Assembly: GCA_963820525.1 (NCBI GenBank)
Contig: CAWGAA010000003.1
Location: forward strand, 672,001 to 736,000
Source: an uncultured Spirochaetota bacterium
GTDB taxonomy: Bacteria > Spirochaetota > Spirochaetia > SZUA-6 > Fen-1364
Reading direction: 5' to 3'
DNA length: 64,000 nucleotides
Within the stretch, counting starts at the first letter, position 1, and each line of letters opens with the position of its first letter. The notes under the pieces were generated by a model, which was not told where the DNA came from, searched no databases, and saw only the letters and a program-made list of their open reading frames with translations. Made by a program: the position numbers and the translations under genes. This document shows, in pieces, positions 57,138 through 64,000 of this stretch.

Positions 57138-57171
57138 AAAAGTGCACAAAATATCCGTATTATCTAAATAC
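57138..57171 (+). promoter_or_regulatory. 34-nt shared regulatory motif, copy 3
   Basis: AAAAGTGCACAAAATATCCGTATTATCTAAATAC, 18 nt before TAGGCT. Confidence 0.7.
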
Positions 57172-57284
57172 CGTTGACGTTGGCAGTGATAGGCTAACAC
57201 TTGATTTCAATCCCGAGCCAGTTTTCTTATGGCTGCCTTGAGTTACATGCTGTTTGAGGATAATACTGGTTTAGGAGGAAGGTT

Positions 57285-57923
57285 ATGAAAAGATTATTAA
57301 CAGGACTATCAGTATTTTCCGTACTCTTATTGGTATCTGCCGGAGGACTCTCTGCCCAGGCAAAGGCAGCTACCCTGACATGCGTAGGCTTGTATTCGGA
57401 AACCGACGCCGGTTCTATCAGCTATAGAGTCGGCACCGGCAATTGGGTCGTTGTCAAGGTAGGCGACAAGATTCCCGCCAACGCGGAAATAAAAATCAAT
57501 GTGGACAGGGATTGGATAGAAGTAACGCCATCCGACAATCCGAACGCGGTTTACGAAATCACGGGAAGCGAATCGGGAGAGGTCCTCAAGAAAGTGGCGG
57601 ATATCCTGAAAAGCAAACCCAAATTGGTCAGTTTTCCGAAGGTCGTCGGCGGCAAGCCCGATCCGAAATTCAAGGACAAGCTGGCTGTAACGCAATACCT
57701 TGGAAGGCAGATCTATGTCGCAGCCAATTTGGATGAGAACGATATAAAGTATGGCGACCTTCTGGATATCAAGGGAAAAGTGAGGATCATCGCCATAAAT
57801 AATACCATAACCGTCATGAACGCAAGCAGAGCGGTCACCACCGTCGTCGGACCTCTGAAGTTCGACGTGGAAGCAGTGTTATCGAATAAGAAGCTGTACA
57901 AGTTCTTGAACGTCCTCAAATAA
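57285..57923 (+). CDS. Secreted hypothetical protein with internal duplication
   Basis: SD AGGAGG; SPase I-type signal ending LSA; two related beta-rich segments. Confidence 0.8.
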   Translation: MKRLLTGLSVFSVLLLVSAGGLSAQAKAATLTCVGLYSETDAGSISYRVGTGNWVVVKVGDKIPANAEIKINVDRDWIEVTPSDNPNAVYEITGSESGEVLKKVADILKSKPKLVSFPKVVGGKPDPKFKDKLAVTQYLGRQIYVAANLDENDIKYGDLLDIKGKVRIIAINNTITVMNASRAVTTVVGPLKFDVEAVLSNKKLYKFLNVLK

Positions 57924-58072
57924 TTGGACGGAAAGGAGGAAGCGGAGAAGGAGGAGCAACAAAGAGAGGTATTTGGGAAGTATGTTCTTGGGCTTTCTTT
58001 ATTGGCTCTGACCAATAGAGAAAAGGGGAAGCGTCAGAAAGGCAAGATTTTTTTCAAGAAGGAGGATTCTTC

Positions 58073-59029
58073 ATGAAGAAATTCCTAGTACTGTTGGTGG
58101 CAATGCTCGCGGTTTCTATGGCCGCGTTCGCTGCACCGTGGGTCGTCGGTTTCTCCCAGATCGGTTCCGAAAGCGAATGGAGGACCGCCGATACCACTTC
58201 CGTTCAGACTGCGTTCTGGGAAGATCCGAATTTTCTTCTGATCTATTCCGACGCGCAGCAGAAGCAGGAGAACCAGATCAAGGCACTCAGGTCTTTCATA
58301 GCGAGAAAGGTCGACGTCATCCTCTTTACGGCTCTTGTCGAGACCGGCTACGGTCCCGTTCTCGCGGAGGCCCAGAGGGCGAAGATCCCCGTCGTCATGA
58401 TCGATAGGGACGTTGCGAAGGAAGACCAGAAATATAGACTGACCATCATGGGCTCTGATTTCGTGAAGGAAGGCGAGAAAACCGCTACGTGGCTTGCCGA
58501 CTATCTGAAGAAACAGGGCATCGACGATGGTTCGAAGCAGATCAACATAGTCGAGCTTCAGGGCACCACCGGTTCCGCTCCCGCCATCGACAGGAAGACC
58601 GGTTTCGCAACCATCATGGCGAAGCATCCCAATTGGAAGATCACTCGCTCCCAGACCGGCAACTTCACCAGCTCTGAAGGCAAGGCCGTCATGGAAGCCT
58701 TCCTGAAAGCCGACAAGACCATCCAGGTACTGTACGCCCATAACGATCAGATGGCCCTCGGCGCCATCCAGGCTATCAAGGAAGCCGGCCTCAAGCCCGG
58801 AAAGGACATCATCATCGTAGGCATAGACGCAGTGAAGGGTGCTTTCGAAGCCATGGTCGCCGGCGAGATGAACGCTTCCATCGAATGCAACCCCCTGCTC
58901 GGGCCCCAGGCCCTCCAGGCCGTCAAGGATCTCCGGGCCGGCAAGAAGCTGCCCGCCAGGATCTGGACGATCGAAGGCGTTTACGACCAGACGAACGCGG
59001 CCGCGGCGCTGCCGACTCGCCAGTACTAA
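58073..59029 (+). CDS. ytfQ: Sugar (galactofuranose/arabinose-type) ABC substrate-binding protein
   Basis: GFSQIGSESEWRTA, DAQQKQENQIKA.RSFI, ELQGT.GS.PA.DRK.GF, ECNPLLGP, RQY. Confidence 0.85.
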   Translation: MKKFLVLLVAMLAVSMAAFAAPWVVGFSQIGSESEWRTADTTSVQTAFWEDPNFLLIYSDAQQKQENQIKALRSFIARKVDVILFTALVETGYGPVLAEAQRAKIPVVMIDRDVAKEDQKYRLTIMGSDFVKEGEKTATWLADYLKKQGIDDGSKQINIVELQGTTGSAPAIDRKTGFATIMAKHPNWKITRSQTGNFTSSEGKAVMEAFLKADKTIQVLYAHNDQMALGAIQAIKEAGLKPGKDIIIVGIDAVKGAFEAMVAGEMNASIECNPLLGPQALQAVKDLRAGKKLPARIWTIEGVYDQTNAAAALPTRQY

Positions 59030-59069
59030 TTTTCTGAAATTAAAAAAGCGCTTGATTCCTGATTGACGA

Positions 59070-59095
59070 AAGACCACCCCGTAAGGGGTGGTCTT
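59070..59095 (+). other. Intercistronic stem-loop with GNRA loop after the SBP gene
   Basis: AAGACCACCCC-GTAA-GGGGTGGTCTT; position typical of mRNA-stabilising or partial-terminator hairpins in sugar ABC operons. Confidence 0.75.
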
Positions 59096-59145
59096 GATTA
59101 ATCGTTGCGTGTATGGCCTATGATGGTGAAAGAGGAGGCATGGGC

Positions 59146-60672
59146 ATGTCCGACAGCACCCCCATCTTGGAGATGAAAAAGATATATAAATATTTTCCGG
59201 GCGTGAAAGCATTGTCCGACGTGGATTTCCGGCTTTTCAGAGGCGAGGTCCACGCCATAATGGGTCAAAACGGAGCCGGAAAATCCACCTTGATCAAAGT
59301 TCTCACCGGCGTGCATAAGCACGACTCGGGCGAGATGCTCCTGGAAGGGAAACCGATTAGACCGGATTCGCCCCTGGCCGCTCAAAAACTGGGAATCAGC
59401 ACGGTATATCAGGAAATAAACCTCTGCCCGAACCTGTCCGTCGCGGAAAATATTTTCGTCGGCAAACAGCCGATGAAATTCGGAAGAATCGATTGGAAAA
59501 AGTTGAATCGAAGAGCTGAAGAAGTATTGAAAAGATTGAATATCGTCATTGACGTAACCCAGATATTATCGTCCTATTCCATCGCGATTCAGCAAATGGT
59601 AGCCACTGCCCGCGTCCTGGATGTTTCCTCCAAGATTTTGATCCTGGATGAACCGACCTCCAGTTTGGATGAAAACGAAGTGGAACAATTATTCAAAGTC
59701 ATCAGGTCATTACGGGATGGCGGGTTGGCGATCATATTCATTACACATTTTTTGGACCAAACCTATCAGATTTCGGACCGGATCACGATCCTTAAGAACG
59801 GAGCGTTCTGCGGGGAATATAAAACTGAAAGCCTTCCGAAGCTGGACTTGATCGCCAGGATGCTGGGCAAGGAATTATCCGAATTCAGCTTCGCCGCAAA
59901 AAGCGATGAAAGAAAAAAGGCGTCCGCGAAAGCTAGCAAAGACGCGAAGAGCGTGTTAAGCGTCAAGGAGCTCGGGTTGCGGGGTTCCATAGCGCCCTTC
60001 ACTATCGATCTGAACGAAGGCGACGTGCTCGGATTAGCCGGACTTTTGGGTTCCGGCAGAACCGAGATGGCGAGGCTCATTTTCGGCATCGACGGAGCGA
60101 ACCAGGGTGAAATTCGCGTAAAAGGGAAAAAAACCAATATCAATGCTCCAAGAAGCGCGATGATGGCAGGAATGGGTTTCTGTTCGGAAGACAGAAAGAA
60201 AGAGGGAATTTTCGCCGAACTCACCGTCCGGGAAAATATTATCCTGGCCTTGCAGGGCAGGAAAGGGATTTTCCAATATATTTCGACCAAAAAGCAATTG
60301 GAAATCGCCGACGAACTGATAAAATCTCTGGAAATCAAGACTCCGAGCGCGAATAACGAAGCCAGGCAGCTCAGCGGAGGCAACCAGCAGAAAGTGATGC
60401 TGGCACGATGGCTTGCCACCAATCCGATAATACTCATTCTCGATGAACCGACGCGCGGTATAGACGTCGGAGCCAAACTGGAGATTATGGAATTGATACT
60501 GAACCTGAGCAGACGGGGGATGGGCGTCATATTCATCTCATCGGAATTTGAGGAAGTCGTCCGATGCAGCAACAGGATAGCCGTCTTGAAAGACAGGGTA
60601 AAAATCGCCGAACTAGGCGGCGACGACATGAACGAGAGCAACATCATGCATACTATCGCGGGAGGTAAATAG
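59146..60672 (+). CDS. ytfR: Sugar ABC transporter ATP-binding protein (CUT2, two ABC domains)
   Basis: GQNGAGKST, LDEPTSSLD, GLLGSGRTE, EDRK.EG, LSGGNQQKV, DEPTRGIDVGAK; SD GAGGAGG before ATG 59146. Confidence 0.9.
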   Translation: MSDSTPILEMKKIYKYFPGVKALSDVDFRLFRGEVHAIMGQNGAGKSTLIKVLTGVHKHDSGEMLLEGKPIRPDSPLAAQKLGISTVYQEINLCPNLSVAENIFVGKQPMKFGRIDWKKLNRRAEEVLKRLNIVIDVTQILSSYSIAIQQMVATARVLDVSSKILILDEPTSSLDENEVEQLFKVIRSLRDGGLAIIFITHFLDQTYQISDRITILKNGAFCGEYKTESLPKLDLIARMLGKELSEFSFAAKSDERKKASAKASKDAKSVLSVKELGLRGSIAPFTIDLNEGDVLGLAGLLGSGRTEMARLIFGIDGANQGEIRVKGKKTNINAPRSAMMAGMGFCSEDRKKEGIFAELTVRENIILALQGRKGIFQYISTKKQLEIADELIKSLEIKTPSANNEARQLSGGNQQKVMLARWLATNPIILILDEPTRGIDVGAKLEIMELILNLSRRGMGVIFISSEFEEVVRCSNRIAVLKDRVKIAELGGDDMNESNIMHTIAGGK

Positions 60673-60674
60673 GT

Positions 60675-61694
60675 ATGAAATCGTTGAGAACCTTGAGCCG
60701 CGCCAAAATAGTGTGGCCGCTCATTACCCTGGGAATTCTCCTGCTCTTCAATCTCTTCTTTACTCCCAACTTTTTTCATATAGAGATAATGGAAGGACAT
60801 TTGTTCGGCAATTTGATCGATATTTTGAAGAACGCCGCCCCGATAATGCTTTTAGCGATAGGGCTGACGCTGGTAATAGCGACGCACGGAATCGATATAT
60901 CCGTCGGATCCGTGGTGGCGATTTCCGCCGGCGTCGTCGCGATGTTGATCGGCGGAGATTTGGCCGGCCACCCCAAGTATCCCATTGCTATCGCAATGAT
61001 CGCCGCCTTATTGGTATCGACCTCGGCGGGAATGTGGAACGGAATGCTGGTCTCACGGGTCGGCATGCAGCCCATCATCGCCACCCTGATCCTCTTCGTC
61101 GCGGGCCGCGGAATAGCCATGGTATTTACGAACGCAATGGTCATCTGGCTCTATGCCAAACCGTTCGCTTTTTTGGGCACCGGCTACCTGGGTCTGCCGT
61201 TTTCCATCTATATCGTTGCATTTGTGTTGATAGCGACGATTATCGTGACCAGGAGAACGGCGCTGGGCTTATTCATAGAAGCGGTGGGAATAAACCCGAC
61301 GGCGACCCGATTTTCCGGAATAAACGCCAAGAACATCATTTTCTGGGTCTATTCGTTCAGCGGGCTCTGCGCGGGCATATCGGGGTTGATCGTTTGTTCG
61401 ACCATCATGAGCGCCGATGGGAACAACGCGGGCAACTTGTTTGAACTGGACGCAATACTGGCCGTCGTGTTGGGCGGCACGTCGCTGAACGGCGGTAAGT
61501 TTTACCTGTTGGGCAGCATGGTCGGCGCCTTGATCATTCAGACGCTGACAACGACCATCTACGCATTCAACATCGCGCCGCAGATTTCTCAGGTTGTGAA
61601 GGCGCTGGTCGTGTACGCCGTCAGCTTATTGCAGTCCGAGAATTTCCGCGCGCGGATAGCGGGAATCTTCGCCAGCAAGGGGGTGTCGGCATGA
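60675..61694 (+). CDS. ytfT: Sugar ABC transporter permease
   Basis: GIDISVGS, QPIIATL..FVAGRGIA, LGLFIEAVG.N, ELDAILAVVLGGTSL.GG. Confidence 0.88.
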   Translation: MKSLRTLSRAKIVWPLITLGILLLFNLFFTPNFFHIEIMEGHLFGNLIDILKNAAPIMLLAIGLTLVIATHGIDISVGSVVAISAGVVAMLIGGDLAGHPKYPIAIAMIAALLVSTSAGMWNGMLVSRVGMQPIIATLILFVAGRGIAMVFTNAMVIWLYAKPFAFLGTGYLGLPFSIYIVAFVLIATIIVTRRTALGLFIEAVGINPTATRFSGINAKNIIFWVYSFSGLCAGISGLIVCSTIMSADGNNAGNLFELDAILAVVLGGTSLNGGKFYLLGSMVGALIIQTLTTTIYAFNIAPQISQVVKALVVYAVSLLQSENFRARIAGIFASKGVSA

Positions 61695-62713
61695 ACAGGA
61701 TTTCCATTATAAACTCCAGAAGCCTCCCCATTCTCGTGACCCTTGTGCTGTTTCTGCTGATGTTCGGGTTGGGCTCGGTCTCTTTTACGGGATTCTTTTC
61801 TATTCAGAACTTTTATAACCTCTTTATCGACAACTCGTATCTCTTGATCCTTGCCGTGGGAATGACCTTCGTCATCGTATCGGGAGGAATCGACCTGTCC
61901 GTCGGTTCCATGCTTGGCTTTGCCACGATGCTGGCGGCCAGCCTCGTAGAAAAGTCCCACTTGAGCCCGATCATCGTGATACCGGTGGTCCTCCTGGTAG
62001 GAACGTTGATAGGCTTATTCATGGGATATCTCATCCAGACCTTCGATCTTCCGCCGTTCATAATTACGCTGGCGGGCTTGTATCTGGGGAGAGGTTTGTG
62101 CTACGTGGTCAGCATCGATACGATAGGGATTACCACCGATTTCTGGGAAGCCGCGGCGCATCATCAGTTCAATATCATCGGAACGAATTTCATCTCGCCA
62201 AGCGTTGTCATTGGCCTTGTCATCGTCGTGGTCGGGGTTTACGTTTCGCGTTTCACAAAGTTTGGACGAACGGTCTACGCCATCGGAGGCAGCGAGCAGT
62301 CGGCCCTGCTGATGGGTCTTCCCGTTGCGAGCACGAAGATGGCAATCTACGCCTTGAGCGGCTTCTGTTCGGCGCTGGCGGGGATTGTGTTCACCTTCTA
62401 TACGCTGTCCGGTTACGCGCTGGACGGAAAAGGAATGGAACTGGACACGATCGCGGCGGTCGTGATCGGCGGCACCCTGTTGACCGGTGGAGTGGGCACC
62501 ATCCTCGGGACGGTGTTGGGCGTGCTGGTCTATGGGATCATCCAGGTGCTCATTGTGTTTCAGGGAACCCTCAACTCATGGTGGACGAGAATCGTGATCG
62601 GTTTCCTGGTCTTCGTATTCTGCCTGCTGCAGAGGCTCTTCGAGTCGGGAAGAAGCGGCGCAATGGCGAAGAGTATTACCCGGCAACCTGAAAGCGCCCG
62701 GGCCGGGAAATAG
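61691..62713 (+). CDS. yjfF: Sugar ABC transporter permease
   Basis: GMTFVIVSGGIDLSVGS, FGRTVYAIGG.EQSA.LMGLPV, ELDTIAAVVIGGTLLTGG.G, SWWTRI. Confidence 0.88.
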   Translation: MNRISIINSRSLPILVTLVLFLLMFGLGSVSFTGFFSIQNFYNLFIDNSYLLILAVGMTFVIVSGGIDLSVGSMLGFATMLAASLVEKSHLSPIIVIPVVLLVGTLIGLFMGYLIQTFDLPPFIITLAGLYLGRGLCYVVSIDTIGITTDFWEAAAHHQFNIIGTNFISPSVVIGLVIVVVGVYVSRFTKFGRTVYAIGGSEQSALLMGLPVASTKMAIYALSGFCSALAGIVFTFYTLSGYALDGKGMELDTIAAVVIGGTLLTGGVGTILGTVLGVLVYGIIQVLIVFQGTLNSWWTRIVIGFLVFVFCLLQRLFESGRSGAMAKSITRQPESARAGK

Positions 62714-62717
62714 AGAG

Positions 62718-64000
62718 ATGGGCAGGCTCATCATCGGGATCGACTACGGAACCGACTCCGTGCGTTCAGTCATCATCGACGCCGAGAACGGGAAAGAGCT
62801 GGCCAATGAGGTCACCTACTACAAACGCTGGGCGGCCGGCATGTTCTCCAGTCCGGCGAAAAACGTATTCCGCCAGCACCCCTTGGACTATGTAGAAGGC
62901 CTGGAGGATTCGCTCAAAGGAGCCCTGAAAAAAATGGGCAAGGGCGCGGGAAAGCGGGTCGTGGGCATCGGGATCGACACCACGGGCTCCACGCCCTGCG
63001 CGGTGGACCGCGCAGGAACTCCCCTGGCGCTCACGCCGGGCTTCGAGGAAAATCCCAACGCCATGTTCGTGCTCTGGAAGGATCATTCGGGCGTGAAGGA
63101 AGCCGAGCTCGTCAACAAGGTTGCGCGCGGATGGGGCGGAACGGACTTCACCAAGTACGAGGGGGGCGTCTATTCCTCGGAGTGGTTCTGGTCCAAGATC
63201 CTCCACGTGCTGCGCTCGGATCCCGCGGTGCGTCGTGCCGCGTATTCCTGGGTGGAGCACTGCGACTGGATGCCGGCCCTCCTCACCGGCACAACCAACC
63301 CCCTCACGATGAAGAGGAGCAGGTGCGCGGCCGGGCACAAGGCGATGTGGCACGGAGAGTGGGGCGGCCTCCCGCCCGAGGAGTTCCTCGTCAGGATAGA
63401 TCCGCTGCTCAAGGGACTCCGCTCCCGGCTGTTCACCGAGACCGCGACCTCGGACATACGGGCGGGCGGGCTCACGGCCGAATGGGCAAAGCGTCTCGGC
63501 CTCGAGCCGGGAACCGCCGTGGCGGTCGGCGCGTTCGATGCCCACATGGGAGCCGTCGGCGGCGGGATCCGTAGCGGCACTCTGGTCAAGATCATGGGAA
63601 CCTCGACCTGCGACATGCTCGTCGTCCCGGCCAAGACGCTGGGCGGCAAGTGCGTCGCGGGAATCTGCGGGCAGGTCGACGGGTCCATCATCCCCGGAAT
63701 GGTGGGGCTTGAAGCCGGGCAGTCCGCCTTCGGCGACGTGTACGCGTGGTTCAAGGACCTCCTGGCCTGGCCGTTGGGCAATGGCCTGGGCGGGCTGCGC
63801 GGGGCCAAGGGAGCGACGCTCGCGGGACTCAAGCAGGAGATCGAGGGAAACATCCTCTTCCGTCTCGCCGCGGAAGCAGAGAAGTCGGATCCGGGTGAAT
63901 CGACCCTCGTCGCGCTGGACTGGCTGAACGGCAGGAGGACGCCGTTCGCGGACCAGGGGCTGAAGGGGGCCATCGTGGGGCTTACCCTCGGCACCAACGC
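62718..64000 (+). CDS. araB: Ribulokinase (partial, runs off window end; not in ORF track)
   Basis: MGRLIIGIDYGTDSVRS, RQHPLDY, GIDTTGSTP, LWKDH, YSSEWFWSK, EHCDW, RCAAGHKAMW, FDAHMGAVG, MGTSTCD, GICGQVDGS, EAGQSAFGD, DWLNGRRTP. Confidence 0.95.
   Translation, partial: MGRLIIGIDYGTDSVRSVIIDAENGKELANEVTYYKRWAAGMFSSPAKNVFRQHPLDYVEGLEDSLKGALKKMGKGAGKRVVGIGIDTTGSTPCAVDRAGTPLALTPGFEENPNAMFVLWKDHSGVKEAELVNKVARGWGGTDFTKYEGGVYSSEWFWSKILHVLRSDPAVRRAAYSWVEHCDWMPALLTGTTNPLTMKRSRCAAGHKAMWHGEWGGLPPEEFLVRIDPLLKGLRSRLFTETATSDIRAGGLTAEWAKRLGLEPGTAVAVGAFDAHMGAVGGGIRSGTLVKIMGTSTCDMLVVPAKTLGGKCVAGICGQVDGSIIPGMVGLEAGQSAFGDVYAWFKDLLAWPLGNGLGGLRGAKGATLAGLKQEIEGNILFRLAAEAEKSDPGESTLVALDWLNGRRTPFADQGLKGAIVGLTLGTN

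Noticed and set aside
54825..57171. CRISPR-like or REP-like repeats from the 34-nt motif
   Set aside because: Copies are about 1 kb apart, degenerate in the middle and positioned at promoters; no cas genes
56911..57241. Short ORFs on both strands before the 57138 motif
   Set aside because: No SD or homology cues, and they overlap the predicted promoter

Overview
High-GC bacterial chromosomal window. A Spirochaetota-like origin is inferred from the lipoprotein signals and the MCP style; this is not proven. Contents in order: (1) a minus-strand cluster lipA, broken flavin reductase, B12-radical SAM, UbiA-family prenyltransferase; (2) a half-size MFS, a membrane protein and a HicB/RHH-MNT + HEPN toxin-antitoxin pair; (3) a potassium region: kdpFABC-kdpDE (kdpF is missing from the ORF track) and a trkA-trkA-small TM-trkH-OB-fold operon, separated by a CinA/NTase-like gene and an AT-richer AbiE-like pair; (4) SDR, CIA30/CBM11-like lipoprotein, thioredoxin-NHL protein, a fused phosphomannomutase/mannose-6-P isomerase, O-methyltransferase, manC, nadC-nadB, metallophosphoesterase, bcp, an orphan DNA methyltransferase with an SNase-like tail, NUDIX, MBL hydrolase and ADP-forming acyl-CoA synthetase; (5) an L-arabinose/arabinofuranoside locus: GH51, GH127, two AraC, araA, MCP, YesMN-like two-component system, tandem double sugar-binding protein, ytfQRT-yjfF-like ABC and araB (runs off the end). 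The strongest non-coding signals are two. First, an identically spaced triple GCTA box lies exactly 47 nt upstream of both kdpF and the first trkA, suggesting a KdpE regulon that includes Trk, on leaderless mRNAs. Second, a 34-nt motif occurs at three promoters of the arabinose locus, with a partial fourth copy. Three internal-deletion scars and several single-base frameshifts (mostly in homopolymers, probably consensus errors) are present. No rRNA, tRNA, CRISPR array, integrase or transposase was recognised.
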